From Acanthaster planci (lineage: Eukaryota): DNA of 64,000 bases. Below are positions 27,165-40,700 of the stretch, piece by piece (the first letter of the stretch is position 1; each line of letters begins with the position of its first letter). The notes under the pieces are model-generated. The model worked only from the letters and a program-made list of their open reading frames with translations, had not been told where the DNA came from and made no database searches. The position numbers and the translations under genes are program-made. Location: assembly GCF_001949145.1 (NCBI RefSeq), contig NW_019091357.1, positions 3,355,078 through 3,419,077 of the forward strand. Reading direction: 5' to 3'.

Positions 27165-28778
27165 CCAGCTGAAAAGTACGTTTGGGAGGATTCTTCAATG
27201 GATACTTCCGCTCATGGCTGGTTAACCTCAAAAATTGAGCCTTCACACGGTGCTGATGAATGGACCAAGGCGATTTTGTCTCTTGATCATGAATACGAAC
27301 AATAGCAAATAAATGTGATCTGGCATACTTCGTCACCGTTTTCACGAAAGGACACACATGTATTATAAAGGAAAAAGCTTGCACTATAACACTGCGCTGA
27401 ACTTCGGCGAAGTCCGACGGACGTCATGATTGTCTCCCATGATCTGATGGCTCGCGAGCAAGGTGTCTGAGTTCTACACAGGCTTCCAAAATTACGGCTA
27501 CGTCTATTGAATGCGCTCCACGTATTTCTAATTGGCGAAGACCGAGAACTAGCTAGTTTCTATGCAATCTTTGGAGTCTCGGACTTGGACGCAGCTGTAA
27601 CCTTGCTCATTAATCTGAATACTACTGGCAGCTGCAGGTGCGTTGGAAACGTGACCGGGTCACGTTCTTTCCCACGCATGCTCTGAGAAGCGCCCGGTAT
27701 CCAAGTCTCCTGAATTTATTTTCTAACGTGTAGTTCATGCTGAGGAATATCAGTCCTGTATGCTCAAGTCAACCGAGCCTATTGTATGTTGATGAGAGGT
27801 AAAAGTAGTTATTGCACTAATATCTGTATTTAGACTATGTATAAAAGTAAATACATGGTCCCCTCTATGCGCGTTACCTCATATACATTTCAGTTGATGC
27901 ATGGTTGATGTATGACCTTGAAAAGCTTTCATGATGAATCGCACGGAGTCTGTGCTTACACTTGTTTACACTGTGTAATTTTAAAAGGAGCAGGGGTCTA
28001 CCATTATTTGTAGAATCAATACCATGGAGGAAGGAAACCTCCGTGATTTTCGTTGAGGGAGTCCAATTAGTTCCTAAAGTGGGAAACCCAAGTGTGTTTA
28101 CTGCGCGCACGACCTGTACTATCGACCATCAGTTGGGGAAGTCCCGTATTTTGTGGTCCCAGCTGCAAGCGTAAAAAATGTATAATGTCACATCTAAATA
28201 AAAACGCACCGGATAAAACCAGTTTTGGTCCGCTTCCATTGATTGGCAGGAGGGATCTTCAAACACTAAGTGTACTTATTTTTAAATGTGGACTCGCTTT
28301 AGTCAGGTTCACATAATAATTGGTTACTGTTATTAACAAAGTGTGATTACGTGGATAAATAGGAAAGGGGAACTGTCGTTGCGTGTTTGTTAGATTGAAT
28401 ACAAGCTACTTGTATTTTATTCCGCCCCCTTTTTCCAAAATGAATCGGTCTAATCGAGCAGCTGGACAAGTGGTATCGGCCGGCCGGCAAGGACCGGCCA
28501 GTACAGTGTGCGTGTACGTACGCGTGACTTTAGCTTTCACCTTTTGTGACATTACAAAAGCGCAAGCGCATTCAAATAACGGGACATATTTAATTTCTCT
28601 CGGAGTCGTCAGGGGAAAATTATCTGACGAAGAAGATTTAAGCTCAGAGAATGGAGAAAGATTTCCTCACTTTTGAACTAAGAACAAAGAATTTCAAGCC
28701 GCCCGGTAGAACTTTAATGTACACTTTTCACTCATAACCTTGAAGAAGACAGCAGGCCAGCGGACGAGCGGGGGAAAA

Positions 28779-31700
28779 ATGACGGAGAAATTGTACACAA
28801 GATTGGCGGTCGCCGAAGGAGCTAGCACGGCAGATGGTGAGCAGACGAAGGCGACCGACGACCAAGCTGCAACCGAAAGTACAAAGGGCAGGCTCGGGAG
28901 ATGGCGGCTCGTCTTTGGCAAAATCCGCCGGCCTAGCTGGAAATGGGTGATTCTTGTTGGTGCCTTTTTCCTCAGAGCAACCTTCATCGGCATCCTGGCT
29001 AACTACACCACCCTTTCTGTGAAACTGCGTGATTTTTACGGAACGAATGAAGAAATCATAGGTTTGTTGGACAGTTGGAATTTTTCCAAGCTTAGGCCCT
29101 ACCTTCAAATTACTGGGAGCTTTTTTGCACATCAATACTAGCAATACTATTACTAGGCTATTACTCATGACATGTTGTATGTCTGGAAATCCCTATCGTG
29201 AATTTCCAGATGTCAAGTGAACATTATGATTACCTAGTATGAGCCACGGTTAGCTATGATAGCTATTTTCGGTGAGAACTTAACATGCTTAAAGAAGAGT
29301 TCTACATGCACGGGCCTAGGCTTTCCCATGCAGTAGTTTATTAGCCACTAGAAGGTGATAACATGTCCTGAAAAGAGAAAATGTTGAATAATTTACTTAG
29401 AAAACACAATTTTTTAGACCAGTCTCATACTATGAGTGTAGGGTTTGTGCACGTGCGTAGGGTGTCACTGTCAAGTGATGTTTGTATTTTCCTTCCTCCA
29501 TTGTATATGGAATTCTCCCCTATTTCTCTAAAATATCCGTCTTTAAAGTACAGGTAAATAAAGGTAGGCCTAGGCCCTAGTTCTGTGTTCCTAAACAAAA
29601 CAAAAAAAAATGAAAATTGAGATGAGTATTCATTGTCATTGCAAAACTATTGGCCTAATCCATGGCTTAGAATTTTTTATGGAAGAAATTTTTTAAGATG
29701 AAGAATGAAAGTTTCAAAGGTGTTTGGTTGGAGCTTTTCTAGACCCATGAAAACTTGTACCAGTTGTGCCACGTCCGGGGACCAGTCTCTAGTCATGTCT
29801 GGACTATTCAGCCAAGCCACTTCCAGCTTTGTTCATTTTGCATTGTTATTATTCAAATGAGAAAGGTACAGATTGCCATCCCTTTGGACTTCCTGTTATG
29901 CATGATTACCCAAGGGGTACCATACGGCCTGTTCTACTTTGGTTCAGGCATTTTGCATATTGGTAGCTTTGGCAGTTCAGATCTAGTAGCACACATGATG
30001 CATTGCATTCGAAAGCTGTTCTCTACGTTGAAAAGAGAGTTTCTGTTGCTTTGTATCCAAGTTACATGTATGTGGTCGGCCCTGATCTGTTCTGGAGAGA
30101 ATGGTCAGTCCAGAGTGTGAAGACTTGCTGTGTCCTGTTGAATACATGACCTTGTGTGTCTTGTCCATTGTGCCATCCTATCCCTTGCTAGATTTGAAAG
30201 GCTTGGCTGTTTAGATGTAATTACGCCTCTTCAAGCCCCCACCTCTGGTATCATGTTGGGCTCTGCTGAATATTCGATTGATTATTGAATATTTGAATAT
30301 TATTTTCCACACTTGAATATTCAAATGCAAAATTCATGAAAAGGAAGGGAGAATTTCCTTTTGTTTTAATTGAGAAAAATTGCACTATGGAGGCTTGTTT
30401 CAAGCAGATTCAAGTGAAAAGCGTCAGAAATCTGATGACTCAAAAAGTAACTTAGTCAATAGCCCTAAAAGTCCCAAATCCTCTGATTTCAATATAAGTT
30501 TTACCTACACATCCCCAAAGGGATTAGGGTTAAAAATTTTGAAAGGAATAGAAATTTTCAAGAGGGCAAGAAGTAGTGTTTGTCCCTTAAATCTTGCTAA
30601 ATTGTGGCTGGAGATGCTTCCAGACGTAAGAAGCTATTATAATGATTATAATGTACAATTGTGTGCATTTGCAACTGATTTTGTATACGTATGATTTAAC
30701 CATCAACAATCTTCCGGTCAGTAAGACCAAAATTTGGATATTTGATCGAATTTAAGTTCGAATATTCAAAAAGTGAATTATTTGAATTGACTCAGCCCTA
30801 GTATTATGGCCTAGTATTGTGCAACTTTTTTGGCAGTTCCAAACATGGAGTCTCACATGATTAGTTCCAGTAGCATTTAAATTGTTAAGGACTCTGTTAA
30901 TTTCTTGCATTTAATGTAATTTGACAATAAAAATAAAAGAATAGTCCAAATCTATTGAGAGTATGAGTGCTGTGCGTGGACGTGGAGAGGACATATCAAA
31001 ATCAAGAAAACCCTATACAACCATAATTTATGGGAAGGACTGCAGCTTTCTTAAGCATTATATGCTTATAATCCAACTTATTGTATACAAGACGGTTGAA
31101 AACTGTCATATAACGTCAATTTAACCCTGCATGGGCCATCCCCTTCAAGAAATCTGCAGTTTTCCTATAGGCCTTAAGTATGGTTGAATTTGGGTTTCCT
31201 TTATTTTGGTATAGCCTGTACATGTACTTTGGATGGGGACTGTAGTTTTAGGAGAAAATTCCTTGAAACCATTATTCAAAAAGCAAAGTCAGGCTAGTAT
31301 ACAGTGTGTGAAATCGTGAGTTCATCAGTAAGAATAATTTCATAAGATGGAGTGAAACATTCCATCTGTCCCGCAATGAAATTGCAAGGTAGCCAATCTA
31401 TGCCTTTCCATTGTATGGAAATGAAACATCCACTGTCAGTTTGTTGCTGCCTGCATAAATTCTGAAAAAAAATCTGCATCACTTCAATAAATCTCTGGCT
31501 GAAACAACCCTGGTATTATGTAGCACTTCAGAAATTTCTTGTGATCGTGGATGACCATTTTGGGTTTATTTGGCAGTCAGTTGCAGTAGGGTATATTTCT
31601 AGGTTTGGAAACCAATGTTATGGGCCACTTTCTTTCCTGATTCATCCTGCTCCAGGTTGGGTGGGGTCTTTGACTTTAAGCGTGAGAAGTCTGTCCTCCC

Positions 31701-34700
31701 TGCTGACTGCTGCCATCGCCGTGAAGATTGGCTACCGCAGCACCGTTTTCCTCGGGGTGCTGTTGGGGGCCATCTCCCTGATGTTGTCGTCGTTTGTCCC
31801 AGGGGTCCGCTGGTACTTCCTGACATTCAGCGTGCTGCTGGGCGTGGCTACGTCACTGACGACATTCACAGCCTATGACTACGTGATGAGCTACTTCCAC
31901 AAGAGAAGCGTGCAGGCCTCAGGCTTACTGGCCATTGCATCCAGTGCAGGTAAGGCATGGCTCATGCAATGCCACATTGTATGTTTGTAAGAAAGAGAGG
32001 AAACTGGTTTCAGTTCCGGTGGAGTACTGCATATTCTCATCAGGGTCGATAGGCAAATGAAATATTTTCAAGCTGAAACTTCTGAACTAACGTTAGACTG
32101 TTGGTGACCATGCGATCTACAGTTCAAATGTCTTCAACTCTCTTTAAATGTCCACATATTGCTATGGCCAATAATTGTGCTCATAGCTCTGGAAGTGGCA
32201 GCCATCTTGAAATTAAAATAACATTTTGCTGAACCACCAAAAATGGATTTTTGTGCACAACACGAAGGTTTTATGTCAGTGGCCACCTTAATGCGATTGT
32301 CAGTAAAAGGATATTGTTTCCCCACAGAAAACTTCCCCCTCTTCCTAAAAAGAAATTTGGTTACCTCTCAGCATTCCTCCAGTTCTTGCCCTTATCACCT
32401 CAAAGACCTGTGTGCCCTGCAAATTTCTGCTTGCATGTAATTGGTCCCTTTGTCCATGGGTGAGCCCTTGACATGCATGTTGGCATACATGTACATGTAT
32501 GCATAGGCCTCAAATTTCACCACGGCCGTGGCGGTCGATGCCCTTTCATTTGGCTGCGGTGCCTTGAAAATGGCACTCTGTCCGCGGCCAAAAATGGCCG
32601 TCTGCCCCTTTCATCTCGGCTGTGGTGCCCCCTGAAACTGTACCTTTTTTTTCCCGTAAGTTGCCGATCTTAAATCCACGCAAAGAATTAGTTTTGTGGT
32701 GCGGCCGAACGATGGACAATCATCTTCGCGCTACAAGCTTCACAAAATTCACTTCACACAAAGTCGCATCCATTCCATAACGGTCATGCTGTACAGGGCT
32801 ACGTCTGCATATTACAACGTACGTAATCCAGCCATAGCCGATAAATTTTCAGAAAGCGAAACACAAGAGGGCGCTATGTCACGCAGAGCCAGAGATGTGC
32901 CCACGACTCATAAGTAAAGCATGTGAGACATGTAGGATTTATCCAAAGACGAGGCAATTCTATTTCTTTTGCATTTTAAAACTTGTTAACAGCTTTGCTT
33001 TTTTATTCTTCGGACAGAGGAGATGAGGTGATTCCCCCTCTCCAGATCTGTTCTTGTCACTTCACAGGAGTTTTAAGGCGATTCTTTATTTGAAGGCCGC
33101 AAAACAGTGTTTGGCCTTGGTGCCTTTCCTTTACCCAAAAAATGGCCTCGTTGCCCATGCTTTTGGCCACGGTGCCCCTTAAAATGTCCATTAACCTGAG
33201 GCCAAAATGGCAGTGCCCTAAAATCATTGAAATTTGAGGCCTGTATGCATACATGTAGGCATATGCATGGGGATGTCACAGAATATCATCCACAGTGATC
33301 AATGCTGAGCAGCCCTTGGAGTTAAACTGTTGCTTGTGGGAATGTGCCCTCTAACAGGTGGTTTGACAATCTTGCACCTCTGCCCATACTGAAAGTGGCT
33401 GAGACTCGAAATACGGCCTGCTCATCCATGGCACTCTCTTGATACAGTTAAGCAAAGTGTTCAATAACCCTAACACTCCTCAGTTCTCCAACAGGTGAAG
33501 CATTGAGGAGTGTTAGGGATAATGAAGAGGCTGAAGATTAAGCTTCTGTCAACTTTTTCAACAGGCCTGATGATAATTGCCCCATTGATGGAGTCGCTCC
33601 TGGAGTCCATTGGCCTCCACAATACCCTGCGTGCCTTTGCCGGGGTCGTTCTCCTCAGCGCCCTCTCGACATTTACCTTCCGCCCGTCCCCGGCTGAGAA
33701 ACGCCGCATGTCTGTCATCCAAGTCCCACCAACTGCCCTTGACCAGGATACATGTAATTGGGCCCCCGCTGAGCCAGCTGCCCCGTGGAAGCCCCCGGTC
33801 CACGCCAAGAAAACATTCAGGGAGAGCATGGCAGTGTTCTCCAGGATCCTGCGCTCACCAGATATGTGGATCTTGGGCGTTGTTGGCCTTACGCTCTGCC
33901 TTGCCTCGACGTTCACCTATCTCAATATGGTAGGTAGCTATTTCCTGGTTCATTGCTGTTCTCTGTACTGTTCGTCAACGTTGTTTTTGTTTTGTGTATT
34001 TGGTCATTTTTTTTTTTGTGATTACAAACCATTTCAGTGGCATCCCACATTGTCGTTGATCATGCAACGCTCATTCCCATTGCGTTCACAGCTACTATTT
34101 TGATTCATTCATGCCAACAGTAGTAGTCGTACGAGCACTCGGGCAAAATTGAGGGGAAAAATAGTATGTGACTCTGAATGAAATGGTTGTGATGGGGAAG
34201 CGATATGTCTCAGAAACATTTTTTCTCAATTTTGTTAAAGTGCCCGGGCGACGGCAAAAGATCAAATTTACATCGAATAATGTGGGATTTGTTATGGTTG
34301 CGTGTGAATTTGTTCATTTTCCTCCTCCAAAGATTGTTCTGTGAAACAGAAGTACTAGTTCAAAAAAGCGGAAAACAAACTACCCTTTCATCAGAAGGGA
34401 AGGTTTGTAGCCCCCTTGTTTAACAGAGAGGTGCCCTTGCACCCAAACAATCTTAATGTCAACTTTGTTAATTGCAAAACTGAAGATTGCATGTTGCGAA
34501 GAGGTATGCGTACAGGTCGACTTGTGGAACATACTTTTGGGTTTTGAAAGTTGCGGTTCTTAAAATCATAAAAATTAAATATCTCAGTACATTTACTGTG
34601 GTTGTCTGCTGAGTAGATCACATTTTTTTCGGCTTGGCCATTAATTTGCTGGTGTTGGGAAGAACTTCAAAACTCCAAAGCCACCAAGGGCAAAACAGCT

Positions 34701-37700
34701 TTCACACGTCCACCAGTATGCAAGTGGGTTGTTTCAAGCCCTTATTGAAATAAAATTGCATTGAGTCTGAGGATTTCTGTTTCACTGCATAGCCTGATCT
34801 GTCTTGCCCAGTAAACCGTAAGCCTGCAGCCAGTGTGAGAATGCTGAGCACAGATATGCAAATCAGGGATGAGATTCTTCCGCTTTTTGGCAGATTTCTG
34901 CTTTTGGGACTTTGAAAATTCGCTTTTGCAAATAAGTTCCGCCTTTTTGGACTGTCGGATACGCTGATAGTCAACTTAGAAATTCTGATATTTTGAACTT
35001 TTCCGATCCATTTCATCAAGATAATTTTCGACTTCCAGGTATGTGATACACCCCCTATGATAATATTGCCATGCAAAGCCACTGCCCCTGGTACCCTGAA
35101 TACTTTTGTGCCTTGTCACAGAAAACTATACCGTTTGTGTTGTTGAACGGATATTTCGTATCATTACATTTCTATCATAATGTCTGCCCGTAAAGACATC
35201 ATTCATCAAGAAGAAGGCAAGGTGAAGCACATCAACAAAGGGATTAAAATTCCTGATGACGGGAGTAGGTTGAGGCCAAAATAGGAGGAGTGTTCTTGTC
35301 TGAATTTATTCGGAAATTTTGCTAAACCTGGTAAGGCAGTTGTGCCATGTAATGTTAGAAATCAATTATGCTTTCCGGGGCAAAAAAACCTTAACAGCAC
35401 GTGCAGAATTGTTGAAATACAACAGCGAACTCTAGATATGTAAAACGAATTATTGTCTATCAGGTACATGTATTCGTGAACATAATCGACATGTATTTTG
35501 AAGCACATGACAAACCATAAGTGATGAACAAAACTGTGGTGGGTCTTTACATGTGTAACACATATCAAGTTAACATATAATAAAAAGGTTAAGCTAGGTA
35601 TGGACTTTCACAAATGTTTCTATTGTAAAATGTGTCCCAGAGAGGCTTATCAATACATTGCACCACAGATCATCTGAAGTTGAACATTTTCCTGGGGCCC
35701 GTGTGCCGTAAAGGGCGCCACGCTGCGCGCTCGCAAATTTCAGCTTTTTTCATTTTCTGAGAATCTCATCCCTGGCAAATGAGGACTCCATGAATATCAT
35801 TGGACGGCCTCATTAGCATAATCCTTGACTAATGAAATGTGAAAAATTACTTTGTGGTACATTTACATATAATTGGTTTTCGGTTATACTGGGCACGAAT
35901 TGAACAGGTGTTTCTTTGAAGTGTTTTGGGGATGGAAAAATGATTTGAAATTAGAACTGCAACTGGAGGTTTCTGTTTGGTGAGTACCAGTTAACATCAG
36001 CTCCTTAACTGTTCCGCTCTCCTTCTGTTCTTGGAAAGCTGAACAGTTAACGGGAGTGAATGTGATTGACACTGATTCGTGTTTCAACTGGAAAAGTGGA
36101 TTGAATGGTTTCAGTATTAAAATATATGTGTGAAACACACTCAAAATATGCAGTAAGCAGAGGTAACGGGGAGAAATGTTTGTCGGTATCAAAGCATGAA
36201 ATCTTCAGAAAGCAAGAATGTGGCTTTTTGACAACAAGAAAGACTTGGTTAATCTGTGAATATATGTGAAGTTCAGGAAAATTGTGCTAAGGTTACTTCC
36301 TGTGACCTGTTTATTTTGGGTGTGTTCTGATGTTAGAAGTGATAATTCATGTATATTCCAAACACAAGTTTGGTATTTCATTTGGCCAACATGCCTTAAA
36401 GGTCTTCACAATGCAATCACCGTAAATACTGACCAGCAGTGTTGAATAATCCCCTTTCCACAATTTCAAAGGATTTTCATCTCAGGCCACGAAGGTGCGT
36501 TTACACAGTATTTGACCAACGTATCAAATCCAAGCACCTACTGAAGTTGAAAATGGCTCTTTGGTAATTGCTAGAAGCCTCGTCCCCCAGTTTGTGCTGC
36601 GAAGAAGCTGGCAGGAATTCAATTCGTTTGTCGGATTCAGTAATTGCAGAGTTGTTAAAAGCCTGAATGGTGACAATTTATTGCAATTTTTCTCTGCAGA
36701 GTTCCAGTTTTGCTTGGACTAGAAACTGAAAAATACACAAGGGTCATTTGACACTTTTTATTAGAACGTAATTATTTTACCGAAACCATTTGCAAAGAGG
36801 TCAAAAAGTGTAGAGATCAGCACCGAATACAGAACATTTTCAGATTTTGCCCCTGAAATGTTTTAACTAGCATTTCAAATTCAAAAGATCCAAATGTCAA
36901 CATTTTCCAAATTACATGTCAGCACTCATAAAGGCTACATTTCTCATTAGTTTATTTATAAATGACTCCCTCAAAAAGATGGAATTCATTCATTTCTCCT
37001 GAAATACATATTGGTTGAAATGATTGGCAAGAGTAATAGAGCCTATTGAAATTGAGAAAAAAAATCTGACCCTTAAACCGATGTCTGGGTAACCTTTCAA
37101 AGAGACATGTATTCTGTCTGAACACTTTCCAAGTGTATTTGAACCCAGAGAGATTGCAGTGTAACGAGTTGGTATTCAGGCTTTATGTGTATTATAGCAG
37201 TCCAGTGATTCTTCAAAATGTGGGCAGTTTGTAACGGGGAGTTGGCCCCTCTTTGAACTCCACTTTTTGGGTTTTTTTTTTAAACATGGCCTCGAGCACG
37301 AGTGGGGTTCATCCTGACTGAAAAAAAAAGAGTCATGGGAAATTAAAAAACATCCCAGGCGCACAAGAAGTTTTTGAGTGACACATTCTCTTCGACCACA
37401 GGTGGAATCTCAGGTTCGTCTCAAAATTGGAAGCAGACACATTTGACAAGTGACTTGCAGTTCTGGAGAACCCCAAGGGACCCTTTGAATTACACTTTGC
37501 CTCTCAGCAGTATCACGGCATATGGACAATTGTCTTTGTGCCTCCTGTAATGAGGGCATAGTTTGCTTTTTTACAGTTGATGGTAAAATGGGAAGCCACA
37601 GACTCAAGCCATGTGTATGTTTTCATTCACATGTACATTGGATCTCATTCACGACAGATGCTCCGCTTCCACACTGGCACCAGGCCATTTAGCCTAAAGT

Positions 37701-40700
37701 ACCATTATTTTGCATTAACTGCAGCTTTGTGCACATTGCAAGGCCAGGAAACTAAATTGTGTCATCCACTGAGAAGATATCATGGTTGAAGAGAGCAGTG
37801 TCTCATGAGTGCCAGATGACAAAAAAATAAAATGTATTCACCAAGCTTGTCCAACTTCAAAGGTAGATTTGTAGCACTTGAAACAGTGTTTGCTCAATGG
37901 TGTCCTACAGTGCCAAGGCTCAACTTTTAAATGCAGTCAAAATTCTATCCAAACAGTTAAGACTTTCAAGGCATTTGTGTGACTTGGGGGCAGTTTTGTG
38001 ATGCAAATTGGCCAAGATTTGGACAAGCCTGGTGGTGGGCAGCAAAAGTTGGAAACCATGCCTGAAAAAGCATGCAGCATTCCCCTCCCAGAAAGGAAGC
38101 AAGAAGGTGTCAAAAGAACCCCAAATGAGATACATTTTAAGCTCCGTGTACATTTGTACATGGGTCAGTGGCTAGTAGCAAGCTGTCTGATTTTCTTTGA
38201 ATGTATCCTCCATGAAAGCAAATTAACAAATGAAACGGCATGCTTTGACTCGGCCAAACATTCCAGGTTTTTGTGGCCCACAGCCAGAGACTAGTTGTCG
38301 CTGTGAAACATGGAAGTGACGCAACATGTTTGAGAAGTTGCATCTGCCTAAGAGTTGTTCATCACAACTGATTGTTTTCCTGCTGGCTTGTCGGAAACAG
38401 CACAACTCTGGCCGGAGCTGCGGAGTGTCAGTCACAGAGTGGTGGTTGTATTGGAGCAGAGAGCATTGTTGGCCAAAATCATGACAAAATTTTGTTTGTT
38501 GGAGAGAAACTCCGTTTGCCACCTTATTCAGGGAAATGCAGTGCACTGCAACTTTCAGTTGTCTAAATATTTGATATCTACATGAACAAGCTTGAAAACT
38601 AACGAGGGGTGGGGAATTAAAAATAATTGAAAATTGCATTGCGCTTGCTGCTCCCCAGGTGACATATGGTTGTTGTAAACTAACTCCCAGCAATATAAAG
38701 AGAAACAGTTCAAATGTTAATGGGTATGAAAAAATAACTCCCAAAATAGCAAACCATTCTTTCCCACATTTGTTGTCAACTAAGAACGAGATGTTTAAAA
38801 AATCAAATGAAATGTGGATTGTTACATGTATTGTGTTTGAGGAATTCTGTAGCGCTTTGGCTAGCGCTTTCACACTTGATTTAATTTTACGACTATGCAG
38901 GTTAGCTTTCTGAATACCCTGGGTTTAAGCGTGAAGACCAGTGCCTTCACGCTGAGCATGATGGGCGTAGGAGAGTTTGTGGGCACAGCTCTGTCCACAC
39001 TCCTCGGCGACCGCGTTCCCCTCTTAAAGATGGAGGTGCTTGCGATCGTTTCTCTTGTGGCTGCCATGGTGACGGCTGCCCTGACTGTGGTAACCGTCTA
39101 TCCTGGAGTGCTTACTCTTGTAATAGGTAAAAAAAAAATCAACAAAATGTGCCAAAAGAATGGTAAAGGTTGCATTAATAGGTTGCTTATACTATGCCCG
39201 CACTGTATGTAGCTGTTAGCATCTTCCCACCCCCATTTTGCCATTCTCTTTTATGCATTATTGGTTATTGATGTGATTGGATAGCTGCCAAAGGTTGTAA
39301 TGTGGTTTTGGTTCTGGACTGAATGTTTTTTGGGGGAGGCTGAGACGGAATCACAAAGCTGACCTGGGGGGGTTGGTTCTGATTAGTTTTCTCACAGCTT
39401 CTAGAATTCTGTACTGTTTCATTTGACAAGCAGAGGGTTGTACAGTGTACATGTACATGTATATGTATGAATATTCCATCATGATGAACAGTAGACCTGA
39501 TAATTCTATAATATGTAATTTTGTGTTCATGGTCATCTCAGTACATATGTACTTTGCCACCCCTGATATACTCAAATTGTCGTTACTAATAACCTTTCAG
39601 CGTTTCCCCTTTTACTGCCCTCTGTGGTTTCTCCCTGGTGAAAAAGTGAAAGGTCAACCAACTGTGTGAACAATGTTATCTTCTGTGAAACAAACAAATC
39701 AGATAGCGCCTTGTATCCTGATCAGGGTAGCGATACATTTGTTCAGAAGACCTTGTCAATTTGCACTTTGATCAAATAACAGCAACTCAAGCCCTTGAAG
39801 TTGAACAATAGGCAGCATGGATTATATGATTCAAGCCATTGCAAGAAGTCTGGCATTAGTTTATTTAAGGCCGCCACTTCCTCATATTGCCACCTGTTGC
39901 ACAATTACTGTCCAGCAGTTACAGATATTGAGGAACGTGAAGCACAAATAACAAACAAGGGATTCAACCCCCTTTGTTTCCTTGTTTGGGCTCGTTAGCG
40001 ATAAACCAGACATGCTCTTAAAGCCTATTCTCATCAGTCAAATGTAGTTAATTCATTTAGCTCAGGTTAATTAATCCACCTAGTATTATATATTCCTCAA
40101 ATCCCCTGATGCTGTCAAAGAAATTGAAGTTCAGTTTTGCTGATGATATTCAATTGGAAATAGGTTGAATTAATTGAATGTTGCCTTCAGTACTGCTGTT
40201 GTGTTACAAATTTGCCTAAAGGCTAGTTCATACCTCAAGTGAACAGTGAAATGTCAATAGATATACAGGAAATCTATTCACACATATCTACGCACTCCTG
40301 GATGCATGCAATATGGGATCTTCAGTTGTACCATATACCCACTACACTTTCAACCTGAACGTTTATAACATGTACATTAGTGTTTAAAGTTCCGTCGAGC
40401 CTGTTTCTTTGGGATATTACATGAAGGCAGAGAATGAATTTATCTAGCTACAAACAATCCAGGCAATCCCATTATGCAATCCGGGGAGGTGTCATAATAG
40501 TGCACAGGCCAGGGTACATGTACACCGTATCATGAGAAGAATTCATACAGAACAATAGAGGGAGCTTCTCTGAGTAATTTCAATGTACTGGTATCAGGGA
40601 TAGTATATATGATTCCTAACTCCCTTTTTATTTTATTGGAACTTGTTGCAGTTTCGTTTGTGCATTTTCATAAATTTCAAAATTACTTTGGAGGAGGCAC

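Noticed and set aside
38223..38873. 216-aa minus-strand ORF in a transporter B intron
   Set aside because: Non-ATG start, no recognisable domain, composition typical of translated non-coding DNA.
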